In this document: one piece after another, positions 1 through 13,891 of the stretch
Numbering within the stretch: the stretch's first letter is position 1
Layout of the letters: the number at the start of each line of letters is the position of its first letter
NCBI GenBank assembly: GCA_951406725.2
Contig: OX597831.1
Location: forward strand, 67,270,001-67,334,000
DNA from: Octopus vulgaris
Lineage: Eukaryota
Direction of reading: 5' to 3'
DNA: 64,000 bases
Notes under the pieces: model-generated
What the model was told of the DNA's origin: nothing
Database searches by the model: none
The model's input: only the letters and a program-made list of their open reading frames with translations
Program-made: the position numbers and the translations under genes

Positions 1-339
1 CTTTTTTACACCGCCCCCTGTTGTTGGCTCAGTTCTTTAGAGTTCTGGCACTTTAATCGTCTACACGTGGGAAGCAAAAACTAGTAGAGCACCATTGATC
101 AACTAGCTCTATCACTACCTCTACCATTACATCCTCACCTCAACCACATCTAGCTCACCGTTAATGCACCACAGGCAGATGAAATTCATTTGCAACATTG
201 TAATTTTTACATAGTGTAATTTTAGATAACTTTATGAAATATATATTCATGTGTTTTAGGTAGTTATATGTTGTCTTACAGTATTTTCTGTAGTCCTATT
301 ACTGTTTAGCAAGTAAAAAATCATTCGAAAATTAGCCAT

Positions 340-690
340 CTCGTAAAGGCAAAGATTGATGAAGCTCAACCACACAGCAAATGTAGAATCTACAGGAAAG
401 GAAACGAAAGTATCAATCAGCTCTTGAGTGAGTTCAGTAAGCTAGCACCAAAAGAGTATAAACGCAGGTATGACCGTGTCGGCAAAAGAGTACATTGAGA
501 TGTTAGCTGAGTGTGTTGCTTCAAAATAAAAAAAGGAAGTTGTATGAACACGAACCAGAGGCTGTAACAGAGAATGAGAATTACTGTGTCTTATTGAACT
601 GCTCCATAAAACTGACCATACTACCGAAACAAGAAGACTTGATATGATTATAGAGGACAAAAGTGTAAGATCATATACTTCGCAATTCAA
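340..690 (+). mobile_element. Degenerate R4/Dong-clade non-LTR retrotransposon fragment (zinc-knuckle/REL endonuclease region)
   Basis: Manual translation gives KCRIYRKGNESINQLLSEFSKLAPKEYKRRYDRVGKRVH*, which parallels the 1773-2087 ORF; contains stops. Confidence 0.65.
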
Positions 691-714
691 TATGATAACA
701 GATAAAGCCAGCCT

Positions 715-2500
715 TCATTATAGGGGAAATATTCCAGGGAGACACAATCTCTCCACTCCTTTTCTGTTAGGCACTAACACCTTTATCTGGCATGCTAAAC
801 AGAACTGGATGTGGATACAACTGTTACAGCAAAACAATCAACAATCTCTTGTATATGGATGATCTAAAACTGTATAATGCAAATGACAAACAGCTGGAAA
901 CCTTACTAAAGATAGTGCATGGATTTATCAAAGAAATAAACATGAAATTTTTCTTAGCAAAGTGTACCAAAGCAACCCCGAAAAGAGGAAAACTAGTTAA
1001 GAGTAACACTATCACACTAGATAAAGCAAATGAAATAAGAGAATTAGACATGTAAATACTTAGGAATCAATGAACTGGATACGATACAACACACAAAAAA
1101 TGAAAGAGGAGATAAGAAATGAATACTATAAACGAGTTAGATTAATACTGAAAACAGAACTCAATGCGAAAAACAAAATGATGGTATCAACACTCTAGCC
1201 GTCCTAGTTATAAGTTACGGCTACAATATTCTTAACTGGACTCTAAATAAACTAATCATACTAGACAGGAAGACAAGATAATAATGATAGAATTTAGGCT
1301 ACACCACCTAAAATCTTTCATAGCAAGATTACATATACAACGTTTTGAAGGTGGTAGAGGCCTTAAACAGCTAGAAAACTCTTATAAAATAACCTAATTC
1401 AGAAGCAAGGAAAGCTTGTACAAAAAGCACAAAACACGAGTAAAACAAAAACTGTTTTCTGCCTTTAAGGAAGCTGAAAATACAAAAAAGAAGTCATAGT
1501 ACCCGACAACTATAAAGAAAAAGTAAAAACAACAAAAGCTGTAAAACAACTGAAATCCAAACTAAAACTGGAGCAACAAATTATCATGATAAAACGATGG
1601 CAATAAAAGCCTCTACGTGGAAAATGTTATGTTTAAGCTAAACAGAAAATAAATAGACAAAGTAAAACCCTAACAATGGTTAAGAAGCTAAGAACTCAAA
1701 GCAGAGACTGAAGGATTTTTAATTACAGCACAAGACCAAAGCCTTCCCACCAGAAATCTCTAAAAACACACAATGAAATGCAGTATATGTGGTGATGCAG
1801 AAGAAACACTAAATCATATTGTTTCTGGCTGCCCGGTCCTGGCTAAGAAGGAATATATTCACAGATATGACAGAGTTGGGACCTATATACACTGGAAGCT
1901 ATGCCAACACTATGGAATGACGACAGAAAAAAGATGGTATAGGCACTCCCCAGAAAAGGTCTCAGAAAATTGCATAGAAACTATACTCTGGGATATGCCA
2001 ATACATACAGATACAGAAATGAAGGCTAAGAGACTGGATATAGTTGTCAGAGATAACCAAGAAAAATGCCCTCTAATCGATGTATGAATACCAACAGATA
2101 ACAATATGTATCTAAAGAAACGGGGAAACTATTAAAGATCTGGAAATAGAGGTAACTCGAATGTGGAGCCTAAAAAACAGAAACAATTCCTATAATAGGC
2201 GCATTAGGTATGATAAAAAAAACATTAAGACAAATATATAAGCGAAACACCAGGACTTACAAATGTATATGACATACAGAAAATAGCACTACTAGGCACC
2301 GCGCACATCTTACGTAAGGCACTTTCAATCTAGTGAAAATAAGAGCCCCACAACAAACCACAGCACATACCCAAGGGACACAGAACTGCGCTCAGTAGTG
2401 CAGTAAAAGCACGTGATAAAAATAAGACTAATGAATAACAACAACAACGACGACGACAATAACAAGAACAGCAACACCACCACCACCAACAATAATAATA
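715..2500 (+). mobile_element. Degenerate 5'-truncated R4/Dong-clade non-LTR retrotransposon (RT + zinc knuckle + restriction-like endonuclease)
   Basis: FQGDTISPLLF and INNLLYMDDLKLY RT motifs; KCSICGDAEETLNHIVSGC knuckle; ILWDMPIHTD..RLDIVV; C-terminus QKIALLGTAHILRKALSI* (stop 2331-2333); (AAC/AAT)n tail 2431-2501; many frameshifts. Confidence 0.85.
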
Positions 2501-2799
2501 ATGCTTTGATCCAGCACCAAGCAGTGGCTCCCGTGGCTTTTCATCTTAACTGATCGTAAGTGTTATCATTTACATTGTTTTGTGTTGGTACAAAAGATTG
2601 ACAACAGCGAATATTGTGCTCAGTACTACGGATTTGTTGTCAGTTGTTTGACCTAAACCAGTTGAGCATGTCCCTTAGTGGCTGACAATATGTGCATCTC
2701 TGATCATGAGCAGAAGTAGTGGGGGAGCATCGTGTTGAGAGGAATTCTTTGGAGTTTGAATAATTCACTTCTGGGTACATAGGTGTTATTGTGGTATGA

Positions 2800-3680
2800 A
2801 AAACTCAACTAACATCTTACAGTAAGAGCTTACAGGGTAACAGCCTATCTCCGTTGCTTTTCGTTCTCTGCATTATACTCCTGACCTTGGTACTCAGAAA
2901 AATGAACCTGGGGTACCAACTATAGGAAAAATCCCAAACAATCAACCGCCTCCTCTACATGGATGATTTGAAACTGTATGGCAAAGATGAGATGCAAGTG
3001 AGTTCCTTGGTGAACACGGTCCACTGTTTTAGTACTGATATTAGAATGGAATTTGGACTTAAGAATGGCAGAGTAATCTACCAAAAAAGAGGCAAAGTAC
3101 AGTCCCTGCCAGGGATAGAATTACCAAATAAAGACTTGATTAAGCAAATTGAAACGGAATAAATACAAATAACTTGATGCACTGGAGTGCAACGAGATAA
3201 TGGAAAAGGAAATGAAAGTGCAAGTGAGGAAGGAGTATTTCCGAAGACTGGATGGAATACAATTCCAGCAGTTTATACATGGTTGATAGCATTACTTCGG
3301 TATGGAACGTGAATTATATTAAATGGCAAAAGATAGAAAAGATGAAAATGGATACCAAGTGCAGAAAAATATTGACAGTACACGGAGCCTTCCACCTTAA
3401 GAGTGACACCAATAGACTTTACTTGTCCAGAAGAAAGGGTAGGATAGGTTTGATCAGTTGCCAGGACTGTACTGAAGAAGAGGAAAACAGTCTAGGGTGG
3501 TATATAAAAAAATGCCGTGGAGCCACTTTTGAAACACACGAAGAAGGCCAGCGTCATCAAAACTGAAAATTCTGTAACTAAAGAAACATTTAAATAAGAA
3601 ATGAACTAGAAAAAAAGAAAAAGCATGGAAGGAAAAGTGTGCGATTAGTTTGCAAGAGATGTGAACGCCAAGACTGTATT
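2800..3680 (+). mobile_element. Second R4/Dong-like RT fragment
   Basis: LQGNSLSPLLFVL, INRLLYMDDLKLYGK, MEFGLK, FHLKSDTNRLYLSRRKGRIGL motifs; interrupted frames. Confidence 0.8.
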
Positions 3681-3864
3681 ATTGTTGATCGTGACAATAG
3701 TAATAATATTTGTTATTGTTATTTAGTATGAGGCCGTTGGGGATTGCCTGAGACTTGAAGTAACCCTGATAAAAGTTATTCCATTCATCTTTTAAAATAG
3801 ATGTAAGTCTATGTTATGCATGCATGCATACATGTAAATGCAGCTGATATATGTATTGCATGTA

Positions 3865-3943
<79 letters not shown>

Positions 3944-4316
3944 ATGTATGTATGTATGTATGTATGTATGTATGTATGTATGTATGTATGTAGTATGTCT
4001 GTTGATTAGCAAAAGTGAAACTGAAGAACTGAACTATAATGGACCCGAATTAGATGCCTGGGTTTCTTGGCATTTTTAACTTCACTTCTTTTTCGCCCTT
4101 TTACATGTATTATATGGCTTGAACGTCAGCTTTTAATCTGGAAACCTTGGCTACAACTCAGGTACACAAATCCATTCGGTTTCTGCGTTTTTTTTTTTTT
4201 TATATCGTGTGGTTAACACTTTCACTGTCGCTATCCGAAGATATATTTCCCACCAAGTTTGCTGTTTAAATGTTATTAATATTTAAAATGGAAAAAATGG
4301 GACAGTGGATCCGATA

Positions 4317-4650
4317 TCTCTCTATATATAAACAGCAAAATATCTGCGTGCGTGTCCTTTATACAAATCCACAAATTTTCAGTTAGAGGGCTCACACTTT
4401 CTATGGTCATTCAAAACCGTCCAAGGGTGGTCGTGCACATCTTTACATTTCTCCACTCACCTTGCAAAGCCATTAAAAATCAATAGAAGTGACTTTTTTG
4501 TGAATTTTCTATCCAAAACCCAATCAAAATGCCCGAAACTTGATATGCCAATTGAATGCCAGCTAGCTATATGTGATTGGTCGGAGATTTGGACAGTACT
4601 CGCGTGTATGTGCGCATGCACGCAGCTATATATGCATGTACTAGCAGTAT
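4317..4650 (+). mobile_element. Non-autonomous Helitron-like element (3' hairpin lost)
   Basis: Starts A|TCTCTCTATATA; near-identical in reverse complement to 20957-21319; stops at the first CTAGCA of the terminal palindrome. Confidence 0.7.
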
Positions 4651-4899
4651 CAAAAAGCATTTTTTTTTCATTAATACTTATCTGTTAATATACAGAATGT
4701 GTGTCATCAATTCAGTTAACGTAAATAATATGCTCATACTAAACTTAAAATAAAAATATTTTAAAAATAAACACACGCTCTATTATTATAGTTGATTACA
4801 AGTAAATTTGATATTCCTACACACCGAAAATTGTCTTTTGTTGGGATGGGAGCCTAACATGCTACTGTCGGTTTACTCCATATATTACCCGTGGCCAAT

Positions 4900-6440
4900 A
4901 ACATTATGAAACAAGGTTGACAATAGTCAAAAAAGATTTTAATTCGCGGTTCTATACAGTCTTCACACAATACAACAAAGTTAACGTGTTATATCTGGAA
5001 AAGAACTAATATCAACATGCGACCAAGTACGCTTAAAATACATCTCGAGAATAAGCACAAGGACAAGAAAGACAAATAAATCATTTGGTTATTTTAAAAA
5101 GCTTCGTGGTGATTTCAAAGGAAGAAACCTTAATTTTTTTTACTAAGCAAAGTAGGGTTGAAATTAGATAAAGGTCTAATTGCATCTTATGAAATTTCCA
5201 AGCTAAGATCAAAGCTGGAATATTGGTGAATATGTGATTTTGCTTGTATTATCAGTGGGGATTTTAACCATCATACACCAGAACCTGACCCTAAACCATA
5301 TTACAAAGATCATCTATTAAGCAGTATCAAGACACATTGATAAAATGACGAAAGTATGGAATCAGCTTATGGCTTATATCATTTTTTTTATGACAAAAGA
5401 GAAATCAGAGTGAAAATGCTTAAGATACAAAAAATCATATCCCACTGGAAAATATTAAAAATTGTGCAGCTGCTAAGGTAAGTAGATAGGGGGGATTTCA
5501 TTGCATATCTAAATGAGACAGTGCCCAAAGTATTTTGCATACACTGCGTGCTCCATTGTCAACATCTAATTGCAAAATACTCGGGAGGACGTCTGAAAGA
5601 TGCATTTGATAGTGCAATCAAACCTGGCAACATTATCAAGTGAAATCCATTTCAAGATTGTCTTTTCCAACAACTCAGTACTAACAATGAAAATGAGTTT
5701 GAATGCCTACTTATGCATACAAAGGTGAGCTGGCTTCCTTAGAGTAATTGCCTGCATGGCTTCGTTCATCGTTGATAAGCTGTTTGGAGAAAGAATTACC
5801 GTTGCCGAATGTGGTATATTCTACCTTTCGACTATATTTTGAAATGTTAAATTTGCTGAACGAAGTAAGCATACGGATCTTTTAATTTGTAAAGTGGCTA
5901 CAAGTGCTTTTTCTGGGAAAGCAATGTCTTCACGACAAATATTGAGGGTAAAGTGTTGACGCATTTTCCAACCCTTGGCCATTATTGAAGAGGAGCTGCT
6001 AGAAAATGGTATTTTAGTGAACACTGAGCACTGGTAGGAATTACAAAATTATATAGAAATTAAGTTAAAAGATCTCTCGGGAATGATCATTCCCAGTTGG
6101 GAGGTAGACCCGTTTAGGACAAATTTAACTGACATTGATATCAAGCGCAAAGTAAGCTTTATTGAATTGCAGAGTAATCAAACTGCTCGAGCTCAAATTA
6201 ACAATGGACGAAGTAATTGAAAGATAAGTAGTGAAATTGCTATAAAATTCCCATTGCTTTGGTATGAAGTCAAAGCGTATATTTCGTTGCTTTTCATACT
6301 TCTTAGCAAAGTAAAGTTTTTAGCTGAGTCTTTTCCTGTTTTCCTACAGTCAAAGGCTCGCAATCACTTGGGAATTATAAAAAGAGATGAGCTTTAAGTA
6401 TCTAAAATTATGAAACTGTATTAGTCACAGGGATTTCATT
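4900..6440 (+). mobile_element. hAT (Buster/Charlie, SCAND3/ZBED-like) transposase relic
   Basis: Fragments MRPSTLKIHLENKHKDKKDK, GLIASYEISKL, HCVLHCQHLIAK, LLMHTKVSWL, RNHLGIIKRDEL appear in the expected order; many stops and frameshifts. Confidence 0.75.
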
Positions 6441-6464
6441 GAATAAATACTACAAAAAGCTAAG

Positions 6465-6530
<66 letters not shown>

Positions 6531-6878
6531 GGAGAGAGAGAGAGAAAGAGAGAATTATATTTTTGTGCTCAAAAAGTAATCATTGTATTCAATTTGCTCA
6601 TTTTCAGGGTGTCAACAGAATTGCGTGTTATATCAGAAAATAATGTATAATTAATTGTGAATGGTTGTTTTATGAAAGCCGCAAACTAGAATAATAGAGA
6701 AAAAATGTGCAATTAATACGCTCACACACACACAGATTTCGGGTATGAAAATAGCTTGCTTACGATCAGTTGCTTACTAACCAAGGAATTACTACTGCCA
6801 AACCGGTAAACACATTTCACTGGACATGTAAACACTCACACAGCCACCTACGCGTGCGCGCGCACGCATGCACACACG

Positions 6879-6967
<89 letters not shown>

Positions 6968-7224
6968 CACACACACACGCAGACTCACACACACATTCAC
7001 ACATACATACAGATCAAAGGTCGAGTCTGGTGAAGGAAAGGATGTTTGATTCACAAAAAACTTCTAAAGAATTCCACACATCTCACGCAAATATATACAA
7101 CACACATACGTGCGCGCACATACATCCAGACATACACACATGCACACATATTGTCATATTCTTCTGTCCCCTACACATTTTTTTAAAACCACACACAAAG
7201 TTTCGGTTTCACATGTGCAAAGCC

Positions 7225-7458
7225 GGCGAGCTGGCAGAATCGTTAACATGCCGGGCGAAATGCGTAGCCGTATTTCGTCTGCCGTTACGTTCTGAGTTCA
7301 AATTCCGCCGAGGTCGACTTTGTCTTTCATCCTTTCGGGGTCGATTAAATAAGTACCAGTGGCACACTGGGGATCGATGTAATCGACTTGATCCGTGTGT
7401 CTGTCCTTGTTTGTCCCCTCTGTGTTTAGCCCCTTGTGGGTAGTAAAGAAATAGGTAT
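7225..7458 (+). mobile_element. tRNA-derived SINE, family B
   Basis: Head GGCGAGCTGGCAGAATCGTTA..GAGTTCAAATTCC (A/B-box-like); central GGTCGACTTTG.CTTTCATCCTTTCGGGGTCGAT; other copies at 34640, 52589, 60169. Confidence 0.85.
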
Positions 7459-7796
7459 AGGCGTGGGTACGCACACATATCAAATTCCCACACACATGCA
7501 CACGAGCGCGCATGCGTAAACAAAACAATCATTCGCACAAATACAGATTTTTTCGTTCTGCTACAGCCACCCACACATGCGCACACACGTGCATCCACAC
7601 ACGTATAAATTCATAATACAGTAGTTTAAACAGATTTGTACAATCATATTTCTACACATCAAAGTTTCTTCTAATCACTTTGCTATAAAACGTTAAACCT
7701 TTCAGGCGTTCGTGTAATAAGATCATGTAATGCGAGATTATATATTTCTCTTCTTTCCCTGTTGAGATTACCTCTACAGAAGTAAACGTACACGCT

Positions 7797-7831
<35 letters not shown>

Positions 7832-7910
7832 GTATACACACACACACACACACTCATAAACACAAGCGCACACGTGCTCTGTCCGTTCGGTTAAACACCA
7901 ACTCTTTGCT

Positions 7911-8303
7911 CTTTTTCTCTTTTACTTGTTTCAGTCATTTGACTGTGGCCATGCTGGAGCACCGCTTTTAGGCGAGCAAATCGACCCCAGGACTTATTCT
8001 TTGTAAGAGTCTAGTACTTATTCTATCGGTCTCTTTTGCCGAATCGCTAAGTTACGGGGACGTAAACACACCAGCATCGGCTGTCAAGCGATATTGGGAG
8101 GACAAACACACACACACATATATATATATATACATATATACGACGGGCTTCTTTCAGTTTCCGCCTACCAAATCCATTCACAAGGCTTTGGTCGGCCCGA
8201 GGCTATAGTAGAAGACACTTGCCCAAGATGCCACGCAGTGGGACTGAACCCGGAACCATGTGGTTGGTAAGCAAGCTACTTACCACACAGCCACTGCTGC
8301 ACC
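7911..8303 (-). mobile_element. tRNA-derived CORE-like SINE, family A
   Basis: Head GGAGTGGCTGTGTGGTAAG..GGTTCAGTCCC, CORE-like CTTGGGCAAGTG, internal (TA/TG)n, (GTAAAAGA)n tail; more than 15 copies in the window. Confidence 0.85.
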
Positions 8304-8565
8304 CAACTGAAAACACTCAATATATATATATATATATATATACTTCAGCAATGTCACTACACACGTACTGTTGGCGATTTCTGTTCCTTCTTTCCGACGA
8401 AGACCTATGCGCGGAACGTCAAAAACTTTCTCTTTTTACGGAGCATCAAACTAATACATTCCTCCTGCACGTCCTCTTGTCGTCTGTTATTGTTAATTTT
8501 ATCGTCTGTTTATTTGAATTGACTGTGTGTATGTGTGTATGTATGTATGATTGTATATGTGGTTC

Positions 8566-8645
<80 letters not shown>

Positions 8646-8654
8646 ATTTATATA

Positions 8655-8928
8655 AATAAGAGGAATAGCCACCAAGGTGGATTGCTAATATGCTAGAAGA
8701 AGACGCCAAATCATCTTACCACGAAGAATATGTTCTCAAAAATATAAGCGAGCAAGACAAATAAATACAAAATAGGACAATTAACTTCATACCTTAAGAT
8801 TTCACTATTAATGATCTTGGCCGCTTACATTCTGGCGTTTGCTAAAATTTTTGAGAACATATGTGGCAAGACGATTTCGCGTCTTCTAACATATTAGGAA
8901 TCCACCTTGGTGGCTATTCCTCTTAATT
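8655..8928. repeat. Inverted-repeat element in TA/TG microsatellite
   Basis: Arms ~8655-8743 and ~8847-8928; same family as 48241-48406 and similar to 37450-37590, upstream of the GIY-YIG ORF. Confidence 0.7.
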
Positions 8929-9028
8929 ATGTGTAATATAATTCAAGGTCTTCGGAGATTTTTAAAGTATGCTAGGCCACTGGTTTAAATTGACATTAAT
9001 TAATTTCTACCCTCATTATTTTACTTAA

Positions 9029-9206
9029 ATATGGCTGTATGGTAAGAAGCTTGGTTCCCAATCATATGGCTCTGGGTTCAGTCCCACTGCGTGGCACCGT
9101 GAGCAAGTGCCTTCTGCTATAGCCTCGAGCTGAGCAAAGCCTTGTGAGTGGATTTGGTAGACGAAAACTGAAAGCATCCCATCGTATATATATATATAAA
9201 TATATG

Positions 9207-9267
<61 letters not shown>

Positions 9268-9960
9268 ATATTTCGGAATGGTCATATTGTCAGTTTAGCC
9301 AATAAAAACACACGCACTATATATTTGGTGTTATACAAATATTACAGGCATCCCCCCACACACTAAATAAACATAGACGCACATAGAGATATAAGCATGC
9401 GCAAATGAAGACATACAATAGAAATACAAAATGGCTGACGGTTAGTAAGGAGAGACACAAGTAAGTGAGAAGAAAACAAAGGACCACTGATGCGGTCACA
9501 GGAGTGTGACGAAAGAACTTTGGCCGAAATAAGATTAAGATTAATGTAAAAAATAAATATCACTGAAGCAAAATAACACCAAATATATAGTGCGTGTGTT
9601 TTTATTGGCTAAACTGGCAATATGACCATTCCGAAATATAACAATATCTGTTTCAACACACGACTTCACATAAAAAATCTTGCACAACAAATATTTAAAC
9701 GTATATATATATATATATATATATATAATATGTGTGTGTGCGTGTGTGTGTCTTTGTGTCTGTGTTTTTCCCCGCCACCATCGCTTGGCAACCGATGTTG
9801 GTGTGTTTGTATCCCCGAAACTAAGCGGTTCGGCAAAAGACACCGGTAGAATAAATACTAGGCTTACAACGAATAAGTTTTGGGGTCGATTTCTTCAACT
9901 AAAGGCGGTGGTCCAGCACGGCCGCAGTCAAATAACTGAAACGTGTACAAGAACAAAAGA
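9029..9960 (+). mobile_element. SINE family A interrupted in its internal TA tract by an inverted-repeat element (9262-9700)
   Basis: Head 9029-9185, 3' half ~9730-9960; insert has ~73-bp arms at 9262-9333 and 9573-9645. Confidence 0.75.
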
Positions 9961-9965
9961 GTTAC

Positions 9966-10060
<95 letters not shown>

Positions 10061-10083
10061 CATAAACTTTATTTATTAAATTG

Positions 10084-10115
<32 letters not shown>

Positions 10116-11782
10116 CTTACTTGGAAAAGGATGCGTGGCGTTCGATCATATAATAATATAAATAATATATAGATATATGCATATATACATACATATATGT
10201 ACATACCTACATATATATGTATATATACATGCATATATGGGTGCAGGACATCAAAAAATAACGTTGAACACAATGAGAAACGAAAACATAAAAACAAAAA
10301 CATAGAAACGAACTTTTTTTTCGGACAACGAAAAAACAAACAGAGAAACGAGACATACAACTTAAAGAATATTCTTCAATTGTCCCTGTTTCAACTACTC
10401 CGCGTTCAAAGGTAAGAACAAGACGCGACTTCGTTGAAACAGTCCTTCCCGCAAAGCAAATTAAATAAAATTTGGGATTTTTTGCGGAGGGTGAAATTGT
10501 TAACAAGAACAAGACAGTGAGAACAAAACAGTAAAAGACAGAACAACGAGAACAAAACAGTAAAAATAGTGACTGGTTGGTTAATTAAAACAATAATTTG
10601 ACATTATGTGACCGATCCAGCTCTATTTCCTATACAGAATTTCTTGGTTGATGGGAGTTGGCCCGTTCTATCCCACAAACTTCTGCTTGAAATTTTGTCC
10701 GGCCACCAGATCTTGAGGACATAGTCTACGGCTGTGTTTGTCCAGCTACAACTTGAGAAACGGTATTGGTTTGTTTACATCACCGTAACAAAATGGTTCA
10801 GTAAAAGAGATCGATATAGTAAGTACCAGACTTTAAAAACAAGTACTGGGAATGACCCATAAAGAAGGACGGCCTTGTCCACCATAGAATACGATTTCAG
10901 TCTGAGGGACAAAACTGGAATTGGTGTTCTAAACTCAATGATTGCTAAATGAGTGTACCTATTGTTAGCTTTTACTTTTTACATCTTTCATTCGTTGGAT
11001 TATGGCCATGCTGGGGCACCACTTTGAAGTGTTGAATCGAAGAAATCGATCCCAGTACTTGCGTACACACATATACGACAGGTATCCGCACAGTTTCTGT
11101 CTGCTAAATTCATTCACAAAGCATTTGTCGGCCCGTGCAGTGATACTGAGCCAAAAACTATGCTGTTACAAAGCGATCTTCTCAATCACACAGTTATGCA
11201 TGTGCCTACAAAAATATTGGATCCTATTTGTTTTTAAAATGTTTCAATGTACCCCCATGGATATTTTAGAATATATACATCCTCTTATATATCCAAATTA
11301 TTTGTCTAGTTATTTACCATTTTATAGCTACTGACATAAGTTCAAGGATGGTGACCTCTTCAAGATGTCAATTTTAGGATGGGGAGAATAATGAAAAAAG
11401 GATGGGGTACGGTCATCACTGAAAGCATTTTTGTTTTTTTCTTTTTCTTAATGTGCCAGAAGGAAGAGGTTCTATGAAAAATTAAATATGTGTGTGCGTG
11501 TGTGTGCGTGCGTATGTGTACGCATGAGTGTATGTGAGTTCATGTGTTTGGAAATATGTCTTTATCTACACTGTGTAATTTCGATGTCTTGTATTGAAAA
11601 ATAAAGTCAGTTTTTTTTTTTAATTTCATGTTTTTATATCCACAAACATTAGTACAATATTTACAAATTAGAAAAATTAAACCCAATGTTATAGAGATCA
11701 GTATCGTGTTATAAATACTGGAGCAGAAACAACAGTAATTGTATCTTTCTTTCTTTCCTTAAGGTGTCGGAAAAAAGATAAG

Positions 11783-12200
11783 GGATCCTTTCGGTTTGAA
11801 CGGCAGTTTTTAACATAATTTCTAGGTAACTAAAAAATTTTAAACTTCGTATAGTAGAAGAATGTTTTTATAAAACATCTTTTTCTCTTGGCTTTATTGA
11901 GAAAATTCTATAGTTTATAAGATATTTGTTGTTTTTTTCTTCAATTTCTGCAATTTCAACCAATCACTGACGTCTATTGAGGTAAAAAAAAACATTCTGT
12001 GCCGTATGAATATGTCCCTCGTTTAAGAAACAGATTGGGTTTATTTACATTTGTGAAGAAAAAAAGATACCCTTCCCCCACCCCTAACCCTAACCCTAAA
12101 ACAGATTGAAATGCAATAGATCGATACTAGGGTCATAATTATGGGTGACAATTTCATATGACACCGCTAGAAAAAACTGCCGTTCAAACCGAAAAGATCC
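11783..12200. mobile_element. MITE with GG..CC TIRs and 8-bp TSD (Merlin-like)
   Basis: TIR GGATC(C/T)TTTCGGTTTGAACGGCAGTTTT; TSD AAGATAAG at 11775-11782 and 12201-12208; internal (CCCTAA)3. Confidence 0.85.
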
Positions 12201-12654
12201 AAGATAAGAAGCTCTATGAGAGTTTTCCCATACAATCGCACTTTGTGTAACCTCGGTGTTTTGTATTAAAAGATAAAAGCCAGGTTTCTTTCAATTTCAT
12301 GTTTAGCATGAACAAACAATATTACAAATAGAAAAATACGTAAAGTTAAAATATTCCAATGTTATATATATACTTGGATATTTATAGAGATGAGTATCAT
12401 GTTTCCAATTTTAGAATTACATTTAAAATCAAAAATGTAAGTTCTCTGCTTTTCTTTCAAACATTCAATTTTGGAGAGAATTTTTTGATGCAGTGTAGCT
12501 CCATTGCTTTTCAGTATCGCGGGTGAACATTTGTAAAAGGGAAAGATATAAAATTTTCCGTCGCTGCATATTTCCAGATGCTTGCTTAACGGAATCTTGC
12601 GTAATTCCTCTTGTCGGATATACTCACACATACATATTATTTCACAGACGCCAA

Positions 12655-12835
12655 GATGGGGCACAGCCTTTTAGTCGAAGAAATTGACCCCAGGACTTAT
12701 TCTTTGTAAGCTTAGTACTTATTCAATCGGTCTATTTTGCCGAACCACTAAGTTACACTAAGTAAACACACCAACATTGGTTGTCAAGCTGAGTTACACT
12801 AAGTAAACACTAAGTTACACTAAGTAAACACCCCA

Positions 12836-12872
<37 letters not shown>

Positions 12873-13098
12873 CGGTAATAACGGAATTTTTAGAAATTTC
12901 TTTCGGCTTGTTTTGAGACACGTGTTAATAGTGATAAATTATAATTGGTTATATAAATTATAATTCGTTTCGGCATATTTGGCATTACAATTTTTTTCTT
13001 TTGCCCTTATTTTATAAGTTATTTATAAATTTAACCTTTAAAGGTATTTTTTAATATGCTGGCCATTGATAAATTTTTTTCGAAACATTTTATCCTAT

Positions 13099-13168
<70 letters not shown>

Positions 13169-13339
13169 CATATATACACACGATAGGCTTCTTTCATTTT
13201 CGTCTACCAAATCCACTCACAAGGCTTTGGTCGGTCCGAGGCTATAGTAGAAAACATTTGCCCTAGGTACCACGCAGTGGAACTGAACCCAGGATCATGT
13301 GGTTGGTAAGCAAGCTACTTACCACGCAGCCACTCCTAT
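12655..13339 (-). mobile_element. SINE family A, interrupted at its TA tract
   Basis: Homologous to other family A copies; ~230-bp insert at ~12870-13100. Confidence 0.7.
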
Positions 13340-13384
13340 GTAGATAAATAGATAGATAGATAGATAGATAGATAGATGTGGGTG

Positions 13385-13430
<46 letters not shown>

Positions 13431-13433
<3 letters not shown>

Positions 13434-13667
13434 GGAAAGTTTACGAAAATAAACAAAAGACGAAGACAGGTGGCGTACAAAACAAACAGATGTATTAGTA
13501 TTGCGCTCAGGAATAGAAAAAGTCTTTTACGTTTCGAGCCTACGCTCTTCTACAGAAAGGGACACAGAAAAAACAAGGAGAGAAAAAAAGGAGGGAAAAA
13601 AGGAGAAAAAAAAGGGGAGAAAAAACAAGGAGAGAAAAAATGTGTGTAGTAGCTAACGATCTATCAT
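13431..13667 (-). mobile_element. TA-embedded hammerhead mini-element, family C (ribozyme 13524-13559)
   Basis: Minus strand reads CTTT-CTGTAGA-A-GAGC-gtag-GCTC-GAAA-CGTA-AAAG; six copies in the window. Confidence 0.75.
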
Positions 13668-13818
13668 ATATACATGCATAAGCATGAACAAAGCACTACG
13701 TAACCCGTCCACTCAAGGTTAAAATGAATACCAGCGGGGGCGGTGTCTGGTATCAGGTGTCACATTAGTCTTTAGTTTAGAGCTTTAGTGCCATTGAAAC
13801 CGGGATAAACTCTGGGGG

Positions 13819-13860
<42 letters not shown>

Positions 13861-13891
<31 letters not shown>

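Noticed and set aside
2503-2790. Segment between R4 fragments that looks like an interspersed repeat
   Set aside because: Single copy in the window with no diagnostic termini; cannot be classified.
12081-12098. (CCCTAA)3 as a telomere or fusion site
   Set aside because: Lies inside a MITE present twice in the window.
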